Source: an uncultured Chloroflexia bacterium (GTDB taxonomy: Bacteria; Chloroflexota; Limnocylindria; Limnocylindrales; CSP1-4). Taken from it: a stretch of DNA of 64,000 bases. Location: contig CAVYBU010000004.1 of NCBI GenBank assembly GCA_963766735.1, forward strand, positions 224,001 through 288,000, written 5' to 3'. The position numbers were made by a program, and so were the translations under genes. Shown here piece after piece: positions 17,416-27,042 of this stretch. The stretch's first letter is position 1, and each line of letters begins with the position of its first letter. The notes below the pieces were generated by a model that saw nothing but the letters and a program-made list of their open reading frames with translations, had not been told where the DNA came from and did not search any database.

Positions 17416-18636
17416 ATGGATCGCTTCCGGTTCATCACGGCCGGCGAGAGCCACGGCCCCATGCTGGGTGCCGTGGTGGAGGGCGTTCCCGCCGGACTCG
17501 CCCTGACCGAGGATGACCTCGCGGTCGATCTCGCGCGACGCCAGCGCGGGTACGGCCGCGGGGCCCGGCAGGCCATCGAGCAGGACCGGGCGCGGATCAT
17601 GGCCGGCGTCCGCCACGGGCGCACGCTTGGCTCGCCGATCCTGCTGGAGATCGACAACCGCGACTGGGCGAACTGGACGCGGGTCATGCAGGTAGCGCCG
17701 CTATCCCCCGAGGAGGCGGCCGAGCTCGAGACGATGGCCGTCGAAGGCAACAAGCGCGCCCGGCCCGTCACCGCCGTCCGGCCGGGCCATGCCGATCTCG
17801 CCGGAGCCCTCAAGTACGGCTTCGATGATGTCCGCAACGTGCTCGAGCGCTCGTCGGCTCGCGAGACCGCCGCCCGGGTGGCGGCGGGCGGCATCGCGCG
17901 CGCGTTCCTGCGCGAGCTGGGTATCGAGGTGTGGTCGTTCACCGCCGAGGTTGGCGGCGTCGCCGTGGACCCGGCCCGGGCGACACGGACCCGGGACGAG
18001 GCCGATGGCTCGCCACTCCGCTGCCCGGACCCTGAGGCCGAGGCGGCGATGGTCGCCCGGATCGACGAGGCGCGGTCCGCGGGCGATACCGTCGGCGGCG
18101 TGTTCGAGGTGGTCGTCCACGGGGCCCCGATCGGCCTGGGCAGCTACGTCCACTGGGACCGTCGCCTGGACGCGGCCCTGGCGGCGGCGGTCATGGGCAT
18201 CAACATCGTCAAGGGCGTGGAGCTGGGGCTGGGGTTCGAGCAGACCCGACGGTTCGGGTCCGCCGTCCACGACGTGATCGAGGGCCGGCGGCCGGACGGG
18301 ACGTGGATCCACCGGACGAACAACGCGGGCGGCCTCACCGGCGGCGTGACCAACGGCGAGCCGATCGTGATCCGTGGCGCGGTCAAGCCGATCTCCACGC
18401 TGGCCCGACCGCTCCCCACCGCAGACCTGCTGACGGGCGCGGCGGTGGACAGGGCCCACTACGAACGGAGCGACATCTCGGTCGTTCCCGCCGCCGGCGT
18501 CATCGGCGAGGCGATGGTCATGCTGACGCTCGCCGCCTTCGTCCTGGACAAGACAGGTGGGGACTCGATGGCCGAGGTGACCGGCAACCTGGCCCGGTAC
18601 CGCTCCCGGATCGCCGGCGCGGCCGACGAGGCCTGA
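17416..18636 (+). CDS. aroC: Chorismate synthase
   Basis: TAGESHG, RPGHAD, ERSSARETAARVA; AGGAG upstream of ATG 17416. Confidence 0.96.
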   Translation: MDRFRFITAGESHGPMLGAVVEGVPAGLALTEDDLAVDLARRQRGYGRGARQAIEQDRARIMAGVRHGRTLGSPILLEIDNRDWANWTRVMQVAPLSPEEAAELETMAVEGNKRARPVTAVRPGHADLAGALKYGFDDVRNVLERSSARETAARVAAGGIARAFLRELGIEVWSFTAEVGGVAVDPARATRTRDEADGSPLRCPDPEAEAAMVARIDEARSAGDTVGGVFEVVVHGAPIGLGSYVHWDRRLDAALAAAVMGINIVKGVELGLGFEQTRRFGSAVHDVIEGRRPDGTWIHRTNNAGGLTGGVTNGEPIVIRGAVKPISTLARPLPTADLLTGAAVDRAHYERSDISVVPAAGVIGEAMVMLTLAAFVLDKTGGDSMAEVTGNLARYRSRIAGAADEA

Positions 18637-18645
18637 GGACCCGCG

Positions 18646-20301
18646 GTGGACCTCGTCCTGATCGGTCTGCCGGGGAGTGGCAAGAGCGCGGTCGGCCGCC
18701 GGCTCGCAGCCCGCCACGGGGCCGACTTCCTGGATCTCGACCACGAGATCGAGACGGCGTCGGGCATGACGGTCCCGGAGATCTTCGCCGCAGAGGGCGA
18801 GGCCGGCTTCCGACGACGCGAACGGCGGGCGGTGGCCGCTCTCGGCCCGGCGGACCGGACCCCGGATCTGTGCCGTGTGATCTCCCCCGGCGGCGGAGCG
18901 ATCCTCGACCCACGGAACCGTTGGGCGCTCTACCGGGGTCGCGTCGTGGCCTGGCTTGACGTCCGACCGGAGGTCCTCGCCCAGCGCCTGCGCCGCTCCC
19001 CCACCGTCAGGCCGCTGGTCCAGGGCGGGAACGAGCTCGGGCGTATCCGGACCCTCGCCGCGGATCGCGAGCGGTTCTATGGGGCCGCCAGCCGCGTCAA
19101 CGGCGTCGCCGAGATGGCCGGCGTGGTCAGCGCCGTGGAGCGGCTGCTGCATGCGGGCCCGGCCGCCTCGACCGCGTTGCTGCACGCGTCCACGAGCATC
19201 GGCGAGATCGTGATCGGCGAGGGGATCGCGGCCGCGGCGATCGGGACGACGCTCCGGCGACTGGACGCGCATCGGGCCCTGATCGTGTCCGAGCCCGGGG
19301 CGTGGGCGGCGTTCGGCGAGGGCGTCGCGACGGCGCTGCGCGCGGACGGCTGGCCGGTCGAGACGGTGATGCTGCCGACGGGCGAGGCCGCCAAGCGGAT
19401 TGCCGTGGTCGAGGAGGCGGCACGGGAGCTCGCCCGCCTCCGGGTGGAGCGGCGGGAGCCGCTGATCGCCATCGGCGGAGGGGCGCTCGGAGACCCGGCC
19501 GGCTTCCTCGCGGCGACCTACCTGCGCGGGGTGCCCTGGATCGGGGTGCCCACGTCGCTGGTGGCCCAGGTGGACTCCTCGATCGGCGGCAAGACGGGCG
19601 TGGACCTGCCGGAGGGCAAGAACCTCCTCGGGGCGTTCCACCAGCCGGCCGCCGTGATCCTGGACGTGGCGGCCCTGCGGACCCTGCCCGGGCGCCAGCT
19701 GCGGGCCGCCCTGGGCGAGATCGTCAAGATGGCGGCCCTGGGCGACGAGGCGCTGTTCGCCACGCTGGAGGCGGACGGGGAGGCCATCGCCCGTGGGGAT
19801 GGGGCGGCGTTCGCCGGCGGCGCCGTGGCCGAGGTCGTGGAGCGCGCCGGCTGGGCGAAGGTGGAGGTCGTGACCGCGGACGAGCGCGAGCAGGGCGCGA
19901 CGGGTGGGCGGATCGCGCTCAACCTGGGCCATACGGTTGCCCACGCGCTGGAGGCGGTCGACGGGTACGCGAACCTGCTCCACGGCGAGGCAGTGGCCTA
20001 CGGGCTGCGCGCGGCGACCCGGATCGGGACGGCCATGGGCGTGACGCCCCCGGAGCGTGCGGTGCGGATCGAGAGCCTGCTCGATCGCCTCGACCTCGGA
20101 CGGGCGCCGCTCCCCTACCCGCTCGAGGCCGTGCTGGCGGCGACCGGGACCGACAAGAAGCACGCGGGCGGACGGCTCCGGTGGGTGCTGCCAACGGAGG
20201 ATGGCATGGCGGTCCGGGACGACGTGCCGGGCGGGCTCGTGGAGACGGCCGTCGCGGGGATCCTGGCCGGGACTCCGGACGGAACGGGAGGTCGGGAATG
20301 A
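18646..20301 (+). CDS. aroKB: Bifunctional shikimate kinase / 3-dehydroquinate synthase (AroK-AroB fusion)
   Basis: N-terminal GLPGSGKS P-loop and GEAGFR; C-terminal GGGALGD, DSSIGGKTGV, LNLGHT, HGEAVAYG. Confidence 0.92.
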   Translation: MDLVLIGLPGSGKSAVGRRLAARHGADFLDLDHEIETASGMTVPEIFAAEGEAGFRRRERRAVAALGPADRTPDLCRVISPGGGAILDPRNRWALYRGRVVAWLDVRPEVLAQRLRRSPTVRPLVQGGNELGRIRTLAADRERFYGAASRVNGVAEMAGVVSAVERLLHAGPAASTALLHASTSIGEIVIGEGIAAAAIGTTLRRLDAHRALIVSEPGAWAAFGEGVATALRADGWPVETVMLPTGEAAKRIAVVEEAARELARLRVERREPLIAIGGGALGDPAGFLAATYLRGVPWIGVPTSLVAQVDSSIGGKTGVDLPEGKNLLGAFHQPAAVILDVAALRTLPGRQLRAALGEIVKMAALGDEALFATLEADGEAIARGDGAAFAGGAVAEVVERAGWAKVEVVTADEREQGATGGRIALNLGHTVAHALEAVDGYANLLHGEAVAYGLRAATRIGTAMGVTPPERAVRIESLLDRLDLGRAPLPYPLEAVLAATGTDKKHAGGRLRWVLPTEDGMAVRDDVPGGLVETAVAGILAGTPDGTGGRE

Positions 20302-20735
20302 CGCGCGTGCTGGTTCTCCAGGGACCCAACCTCAACCTGCTCGGGACCCGGGAGCCGGAGATCTACGGGCGCGAGACGCTGGATCAGATCCACGCAGGGC
20401 TGGCTGCGCGCGCCGCGGAGCTGGGGCTCGAGATCGCCTTCTACCAGTCCAACCACGAGGGCGATCTCATCGACCGTCTCCATGTCCGCGACTTCGACGT
20501 GTCGATCGTGAACGCGGCCGGCTACACGCACACCTCGGTGGCCCTCCGGGACGCCCTCCTCGCCATCGAGCGCCCCTTCTGGGAGGTCCACCTCTCGGAC
20601 CCCTGGACACGCGACGCGTTCCGGCAGGTGAACTTCCTGCACGACATCGCGACGGGTTCGGTCGTGGGGCAGGGTGCGCGCGGGTACCACCAGGCCCTCG
20701 AGGCGATCGCTGCCGGGCTCGGGGGCACGCCGTGA
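20298..20735 (+). CDS. aroQ: Type II 3-dehydroquinate dehydratase
   Basis: GPNLNLLGTREPEIYG, QSNHEG, HTSVALRDA, EVHLS; ATGA overlap with aroKB. Confidence 0.95.
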   Translation: MTRVLVLQGPNLNLLGTREPEIYGRETLDQIHAGLAARAAELGLEIAFYQSNHEGDLIDRLHVRDFDVSIVNAAGYTHTSVALRDALLAIERPFWEVHLSDPWTRDAFRQVNFLHDIATGSVVGQGARGYHQALEAIAAGLGGTP

Positions 20736-21094
20736 CCCGGCGGAGCGGCGGCCATGGCGAGGCGCGGGACCGGCCGACACCGCAGGAGCGCGACGAGGCG
20801 GCGCTGGAGCTGTCCCGGATCCGGGACCAGATCGACCAGCTGGACCTGCGGATCGTGGCGCTGCTCAACGAGCGCGCGGTCCTTGGCCGTGCAGCCGGGC
20901 GGGCGAAGCACCTGGCCGGGCGGCGTGCGATCAAGGATCCGGAGCGCGAGCGCGAGGTGCTCCTGCGGGTCGCGATGGGCAACGCGGGGCCGCTGGCGCA
21001 GGCGGACCTCCTGTCGGTCTACCGGCGGGTGGTGGCCGTCACCCGTGGGCTTGAGTCGCGCGACCGGACCCATGACGGCCGATCCGGGGACTGA
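20732..21094 (+). CDS. Chorismate mutase, type II
   Basis: LSRIRDQIDQLDLRIVALLNER..K..DPERE; GTGA overlap with aroQ. Confidence 0.88.
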   Translation: MTRRSGGHGEARDRPTPQERDEAALELSRIRDQIDQLDLRIVALLNERAVLGRAAGRAKHLAGRRAIKDPEREREVLLRVAMGNAGPLAQADLLSVYRRVVAVTRGLESRDRTHDGRSGD

Positions 21095-22109
21095 CCCGCC
21101 CAGGGCAGGGGTCGGAGACGTCGCGGTGGAGGACGACCCGCTCGGAGACATCGCGTCCGGGGACACCCTGCACGTCCCGGTCACCACGTCCGCGGCCCGG
21201 CCGGATCCGCGCGTGCTGCCCACCGGCCCCGTGACGCGGTTTGCACCGGCGCCCACGGGCTTCCTCCATCTCGGCCACCTCGTCAACGCGCTGTACACCT
21301 GGGGCATCGCCCGGGCCACGGGAGGACGGGTGATCCTGCGGATCGAGGACCACGATCGGCAGCGGTCGCGGCCGGCGTTCGAGACCGCGCTGCTGGACGA
21401 CCTCGAGCGGCTGGGGCTGGTCCCCGACGAACCGCCGATCGCCGCGTTCCGGGCCGGCCCGACTCACTACCGTCAGTCCACCGCGGGTCCGGTGTACCTC
21501 GCGGCGCTCGCGCGTTTGCGGGCGGACGGGCTCGTGTACGCCTGCGTCTGCTCCCGGTCGACCTTCGGCGCGTACACGGCCGAGCGGGGACGTCCGTGGA
21601 GTGGGATCGGATGCCCCGGCGGCTGTCGCACGCGTGCGCTCCCCGAGGAGGAGGGCACCGGCCTGCGGGTGGCCGTCGGTGCAGGCTCGGAGCGGTGGGT
21701 GGACCTCCTGGCCGGCCCGCTGGCGGACGAGCCTGCGGCCGGAGGTGACCTGCTGGTGCGGGACCGAGCGGGCAACTGGACGTACCCGTTCTGCGTGGTG
21801 GTCGATGACATGCGGCACGGTGTGGACCTCGTCATCCGCGGCCGTGACCTCCTGCACGCGACGCCCGCCCAGCTGCGGCTGGCGCGCATGCTCGGACGCG
21901 AGACGCCGCCGCGCTTCCTGCACCACCCGCTGGTCCGGCGGGCATCCGGGAGGAAGCTGTCCAAGGCGGAGGGCGACACGGCCGTGCGTGCGCTGCTGGA
22001 CGCCGGCGCCACGCCGGCCGGGCTGCTCGGACGCGCGGCCCACCTGGCCGGGCTGCAGGCGGACGAGAGTCCGATCGACCCGGGCGGCATCGGGACCATG
22101 TTCGCCTAG
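21072..22109 (+). CDS. gluQ: Glutamyl-queuosine tRNA(Asp) synthetase (GluRS catalytic domain only)
   Basis: TRFAPAPTGFLHLGH, LRIEDHD, YACVCSR, IRGRDL, KLSK; no anticodon-binding domain. Confidence 0.85.
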   Translation: MTADPGTDPPRAGVGDVAVEDDPLGDIASGDTLHVPVTTSAARPDPRVLPTGPVTRFAPAPTGFLHLGHLVNALYTWGIARATGGRVILRIEDHDRQRSRPAFETALLDDLERLGLVPDEPPIAAFRAGPTHYRQSTAGPVYLAALARLRADGLVYACVCSRSTFGAYTAERGRPWSGIGCPGGCRTRALPEEEGTGLRVAVGAGSERWVDLLAGPLADEPAAGGDLLVRDRAGNWTYPFCVVVDDMRHGVDLVIRGRDLLHATPAQLRLARMLGRETPPRFLHHPLVRRASGRKLSKAEGDTAVRALLDAGATPAGLLGRAAHLAGLQADESPIDPGGIGTMFA

Positions 22110-22211
22110 GCGGCCGACCCTGTTCGTCGCACACGGGATCCTCGGCGGAGGGCCTGGCAGCCAACGACGCTATGCTGGGGCGTACGAAAGAACGTCACTT
22201 GGAGGCTTGCC

Positions 22212-22538
22212 ATGAAGTTCATCCTCGGCCTGCTCACCGGGCTCGTCCTTGGCGCCGTGGGCACGGTTGCCTACTCGCTCCAGACCGGTCGCGACCTTCG
22301 CGAGGCGTTCGAAGAGGTCCGCTCCGACCTCGACCGCCGCGACTTCGATGCCCTCGGCTCGCGCCTGGAGGCACGGGTCTCGGAGCTCCAGACCCGCCTC
22401 GAGGAGCGGATCGCCCAGGTCCGGGACCATGCGGCGACGACGACCGGCGACATCGACATCGATCAGACTGTCGCGGAAGCCGGCGCTGCCGTGGCCGAGG
22501 GGGTCGAGTCGAAGGCCGAGGAGCAGGCAGGAGCCTGA
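22212..22538 (+). CDS. Small membrane-anchored coiled-coil protein (YtxH-like architecture)
   Basis: MKFILGLLTGLVLGAVG anchor plus heptad-rich tail; GGAGG RBS; TATGCT at 22171-22176. Confidence 0.7.
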   Translation: MKFILGLLTGLVLGAVGTVAYSLQTGRDLREAFEEVRSDLDRRDFDALGSRLEARVSELQTRLEERIAQVRDHAATTTGDIDIDQTVAEAGAAVAEGVESKAEEQAGA

Positions 22539-22557
22539 CCCGATCCCTCGCCCGGAC

Positions 22558-24252
22558 CTAGCCTGAGCGGTCCCCGTCCACTGCCACCCCCGGGTCCGCC
22601 GCCAGCTCCGGCCCGCGGATCCACGCGTCGCCCGTGAACAGCTCCGGGCGGTGCGTCAGCACGACGACGGTGCGTCCCCGGGTTGCCGCGGGCAGGTCCG
22701 CGACGAACGTGTGGGCGGCGGCCTCGTCAAGGTGCTCCGTGGGCTCGTCCAGGATGAGCACGCGGACGTCCGCGAGGAGTGCCCGGGCGAGCGCGAGACG
22801 CTGGCGCTGACCGCCCGACAGCCGTGCACCATGCTCCCCCACGGCGGTGTCCAGGCCGGCCGGCAGCGCACGCACCCAGTCGAGCAGGCCGGCAGCCCGG
22901 AGTGCGATCTCCAGGGCCGCGGCATCCGCGCCCGGCCGCGCCAGGCGGAGGTTGTCGGCAAGGGTGGCGTCGAAGATGTGCGGGTCCTGCTCGCACAGGC
23001 CGACGGCACGGCGGACATCGTCGCCATCGAGCGTCCGCACGTCGGCCTCGATCTCCGCTCCCACCAGCCGCAGTGACCCGGCGGCCGGCTCCAGGAAGCG
23101 CAGGCAGGCGGCCGCGAACGTGCTCTTGCCGGAACCACTGGGCCCCGTGACCACGATCCGCTCACCCGCCCCGACGGCGAGGTCCATGCGGGACAGGGCA
23201 TCACGGGACGCACCCGGGTAGCGCAGCGTGAGGGCGTCCGCCTGGATCCCCAGGGGGCCGTCCGGCACCGGCTTGAGCGCCGTGGGCTCCGGAACGGGAT
23301 CCGGGCGCCGGAGGATGTCGTCGATGCGGGACGCCGAGGACGCCATGCCCGGCAGCTGCCTCGCGGCCCCGGCCAGCGGGACTGCGACCTCGTGGACGGC
23401 GATCGGCGTCAGGACGACCACCGCGAGCGCCACGCCACCGAGGCTCCCGTCGCGGACGGCGGCAATCCCCAGCAGCAGCGCGCTCCACACGGCCACGCCG
23501 CCCGCGAGGCCGGTGATGAGGCTGCCGATGCCGGCCCCCAGCGCAGACCGCCGTTCGGCTGCGGCCAGGCGCGCGTCGACCTCGGCCGCTGCCGCCAGGA
23601 CTCTCGGGGTCGCGCCCGCCGCCGTGATCTCCGGGGCGCCGTGCAGAAGATCCAGCGCCGTTTCGGCCAGCTCGCCGCGAATCGGGGCCAGCGACCGTTC
23701 CGTTCGACGGGCCACCCCACCGGCAGCCAGCGGTGCGATCAGCGCCGTGACGAGCAGCGTGGCCCCCAGGGCCACACCCGCCATCGGCACCAGCCCGGCG
23801 ATGAACAGCACCGCCCCCGCCGCCACGATCCCCACCGACGCGTACGGAAGCAGGACCCGGAGCCACAGGTCCGCGAGACCGTCCACGTCCCCGACCAGCC
23901 TGGCCAGGAGATCCCCCGACCGGAGCTCCACGAGACCCGCCGGTGCCAGGCGGATCAGTCGCTCGTAGACGGTTGCGCGCAACTCGGCCAGGACCCGGAA
24001 GGCGGCGTCGTGGGCGGCCACTCGCTCCGCGTACCGGAACACGCCGCGCGCGATCCCGAAGGCCCGGACCGCGGTGACCGCGAGCAGCAAGGCGAAGACC
24101 GGGGGCTGCTCGGCCGCCCGCGAGATCAGCCAGGCGGACGTCGCCGAGAGTCCAACCGCTGCACCCCCGGCACCCACGCCGGCGAGGACCGCGAGCAGGA
24201 GGCGCCCCGTGACCGGGCGGCCGATCCGCAGAACCACGATGAGCGGCCTCAC
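22558..24252 (-). CDS. cydC: Thiol reductant ABC exporter subunit CydC
   Basis: [43 protein letters not shown]; GTGA overlap with cydD. Confidence 0.92.
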   Translation of the reverse strand: MRPLIVVLRIGRPVTGRLLLAVLAGVGAGGAAVGLSATSAWLISRAAEQPPVFALLLAVTAVRAFGIARGVFRYAERVAAHDAAFRVLAELRATVYERLIRLAPAGLVELRSGDLLARLVGDVDGLADLWLRVLLPYASVGIVAAGAVLFIAGLVPMAGVALGATLLVTALIAPLAAGGVARRTERSLAPIRGELAETALDLLHGAPEITAAGATPRVLAAAAEVDARLAAAERRSALGAGIGSLITGLAGGVAVWSALLLGIAAVRDGSLGGVALAVVVLTPIAVHEVAVPLAGAARQLPGMASSASRIDDILRRPDPVPEPTALKPVPDGPLGIQADALTLRYPGASRDALSRMDLAVGAGERIVVTGPSGSGKSTFAAACLRFLEPAAGSLRLVGAEIEADVRTLDGDDVRRAVGLCEQDPHIFDATLADNLRLARPGADAAALEIALRAAGLLDWVRALPAGLDTAVGEHGARLSGGQRQRLALARALLADVRVLILDEPTEHLDEAAAHTFVADLPAATRGRTVVVLTHRPELFTGDAWIRGPELAADPGVAVDGDRSG

Positions 24253-25955
24253 GGGACGGCCGCCGAAGGCGGGGCGGACGATGCCGCCGCCTGCTCGGGC
24301 ACCGTCGCGGCTGGGAGAGCCTCCCACCGGATCGCCACGGCCCGGTCCGCCCCGGCCACCGCGCCGGGCCGGTGGGCCACCAGCAGCACCGCGACGCCCC
24401 GGTCGGCCTCCGCGCGCACGGCCGCCAGCACGGCGGCCTCGGCCGTCTCGTCCAGGCCCGCCGTCGGCTCGTCGAGCAGCAGCACGGTCGCGCCCCGCAC
24501 GAGGGCGCGCGCGATCCCGACGCGGCGACGTTGCCCGCTCGAGAGGCCCCGCCCGCGCTCGCCGAGCACCAGTGCAGGCGCCACGTCGCCCAGCCCCACC
24601 GCCGCGAGGGCCGTCGCGACGTCGTCATGGGAGGCATCCGGTGCACCAAGCCGCACGTTCTCCGCGACGCTCCCGGCGAACAGGTACGGCGCCTGTGGCA
24701 CCCAGGCGACCGTCCGGCGCCAGCCATCGGCATCGAGGTCCCGGACGTCGGTCGTGGATCCGCCCGCCGCCACGACGAGCACCCGTCCCGCCGACGGCTC
24801 GAGCATGGCCAGGATCACGGCCAGGAGGGTGCTCTTGCCGGCACCGCTGGGGCCCGTGACCGCCACCACCTCGCCCGGCCGCACGACCAGCGACGCTCCC
24901 GCGGGCGCCGCCGCCTCACGCCCCGGCTGCTCGACCCACAGGTCCTCCACCGCCAGGCCGAGCGGCCCGTGGGGCACCGCCAGCCCCCGCCCGGGCGCCA
25001 CCTGCGGTGCGTCGATGATCGCGAAGGCCCCCGCGGCCGCCGCGAGCCCCTCCTCGCTCGCGTGGAACTCCGAGCCCAGGCGCCGGAGCGGCAGGTACGC
25101 CTCGGGCGCGAGGATCAGCGCGAACAGCCCGGCCTCCAGGGTCATCCCGCCGACGTCCAGCCTCAGCCCGATCCCCACGGCCACGAGCGCGATGGAGATC
25201 GTGGCCAGCAGCTCCAGGGTCAGCGCGGAGAGGAACGCCACCCGGAGCGTCGCCATCGTCGTGGAGCGGTACGTGTCGGTGATCCGCCGCAGGACGTCCA
25301 CCTGGGTCGCGGCCCCGCCGTAGGCGCGCAGGGTCGGCAGCCCCGCCACGACGTCCGTGAACCGGTGGGCGAGGCGCGCGAGCGCCGCCCAGCGCCGGGC
25401 GCGATGGGCCGCGGACATGCGCCCGATCAGCACCATGAACAGCGGGATCAGCGGCACCGTCAGCAGCACCGTCAGGGCCGCGATCCCGTCGATCGCGAAC
25501 AGGCACGCGATGACCGCCACCGGCACGGTCGCCGCGAGCCCCAGCTGCGGGAGGTACCGCCCGTAGTAGCCGTCGAGTGCGTCGAGGCCGCGGGTGGCCA
25601 GCAGGACCACCTCGCCACTTGCCTGCCCCGCCGCCCAGCGCGGCCCCAACCCCACCGCACGCGCCAGCAGCCGCTCGCGCAGGTCGCGCTTGACGATGCC
25701 GCTGATCCGCTGGGCGGCGACCTCCGAGAACCACCCCAGGAGGGACCGGGCGACCAGCACCAGGGCCAGCGCGGCCAGGGCCGGAGCGAGGTCCACCGCA
25801 TCCTCGCCGCCCATGAAGGCGCCCGCGAGGCATCGGGCCAGGAGCCCCGCCTGGGCGACCGCGAGCAGCGCGCTCGCGACGCCGAGCCCCACGGCCGCGA
25901 CGAGCCCGGACGTGGCCGCCCTCCCCGAGGCGAGGAGACGGCGGTGGAGGTTCAC
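24249..25955 (-). CDS. cydD: Thiol reductant ABC exporter subunit CydD
   Basis: PLIPLFMVLIG, LAPEAYLPLR..FHA, GPSGAGKST, LSSGQRRR. Confidence 0.93.
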   Translation of the reverse strand: MNLHRRLLASGRAATSGLVAAVGLGVASALLAVAQAGLLARCLAGAFMGGEDAVDLAPALAALALVLVARSLLGWFSEVAAQRISGIVKRDLRERLLARAVGLGPRWAAGQASGEVVLLATRGLDALDGYYGRYLPQLGLAATVPVAVIACLFAIDGIAALTVLLTVPLIPLFMVLIGRMSAAHRARRWAALARLAHRFTDVVAGLPTLRAYGGAATQVDVLRRITDTYRSTTMATLRVAFLSALTLELLATISIALVAVGIGLRLDVGGMTLEAGLFALILAPEAYLPLRRLGSEFHASEEGLAAAAGAFAIIDAPQVAPGRGLAVPHGPLGLAVEDLWVEQPGREAAAPAGASLVVRPGEVVAVTGPSGAGKSTLLAVILAMLEPSAGRVLVVAAGGSTTDVRDLDADGWRRTVAWVPQAPYLFAGSVAENVRLGAPDASHDDVATALAAVGLGDVAPALVLGERGRGLSSGQRRRVGIARALVRGATVLLLDEPTAGLDETAEAAVLAAVRAEADRGVAVLLVAHRPGAVAGADRAVAIRWEALPAATVPEQAAASSAPPSAAVP

Positions 25956-26031
25956 GACGCGGCCTGGGACGTGCCCTGACCCTCGGCCCGGGGCATGGAC
26001 CGACTCCCGGCCGGGGACGCGGTCGAATGCC

Positions 26032-27033
26032 TCAGGGTGTCGCGGTCTCGCGGGAGACGGTGACGCGCTTGCGGAAGACCCAGTACGTCCACCCCTGGTA
26101 GACCAGGACCAGCGGCGTGAACACCACGGCCACCGCGGTCATGATCGTGAGGGTATACGGGGTCGAGGCCGCGTTGGTGGTCGTGAGGCTGAAGGCCGGG
26201 TCCGTCGAGGACGGCATCACGTCCGGGAACAGCGCCAGGAACAGGCTCGCCACGGCGAGCGCGATCGTGGCCGTGGAGCCGATGAACGCCCACCCCTCCC
26301 GGCGGAACCTCGCCGCGACCAGCGCGCCCACGAAGGCGATTGCCGCGATCACGGAGACGACGATCGAGAGCGTGGTGCCGGTCTGGGCGTTGGCCCAGGC
26401 GAGGAACGCGACGGCGACCACGGCCGTGGGCAGCCCCACCTTCGGCACCAGGCCGGCTGCGCGCTCACGGATCACACCGTCGGTCTTGAGGCTCAGGAAC
26501 ACGAGGCCGTGGGTGATGAACAGGAGCAGGGTGGTCAGGCCGCCCAGGAGCCCGAACGGGTTGAGCAACGTGAGCAGGCTCCCGGTGAACTCCTTGTCGG
26601 CGTCGATCGGGACTCCCGCCACGATGTTCGCGAAGGCGACACCCCACAGGACGGCCGGCAGGAGGCTGCCCACCGCGATCAGGACGTCCATGCGCCCGCG
26701 CCAGGCGAGATCGCCGCGCTTGTTGCGGTACTCGATCCCGATGCCCCGGATGATCAGCCCGACCAGGATCAGGAACAGGGCCAGGTAGAACCCTGAGAAC
26801 AGCGTGGCGTACCACTCCGGGAACGCCGCGAACATGGCGCCGCCGGCGACCAGGACCCACACCTCGTTCCCGTCCCAGACGGGGCCGATCGTGCGGATCA
26901 TCGCCCGCCGTTCGGGCTCGTTCCTGCCGATGACGTGAAGCAGGATGCCAACGCCGAAGTCGAAGCCCTCGAGAACGAAGTAGCCGATGAACAGGATCGC
27001 GATCAGCGCGAACCAGATGGTCGTGAGCTCCAT
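26032..27033 (-). CDS. cydB: Cytochrome bd oxidase subunit II
   Basis: LEGFDFGVG, IGPVWDGNEVW, YQGWTYWVFRKR. Confidence 0.96.
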   Translation of the reverse strand: MELTTIWFALIAILFIGYFVLEGFDFGVGILLHVIGRNEPERRAMIRTIGPVWDGNEVWVLVAGGAMFAAFPEWYATLFSGFYLALFLILVGLIIRGIGIEYRNKRGDLAWRGRMDVLIAVGSLLPAVLWGVAFANIVAGVPIDADKEFTGSLLTLLNPFGLLGGLTTLLLFITHGLVFLSLKTDGVIRERAAGLVPKVGLPTAVVAVAFLAWANAQTGTTLSIVVSVIAAIAFVGALVAARFRREGWAFIGSTATIALAVASLFLALFPDVMPSSTDPAFSLTTTNAASTPYTLTIMTAVAVVFTPLVLVYQGWTYWVFRKRVTVSRETATP

Positions 27034-27042
27034 GCCGTTCCC

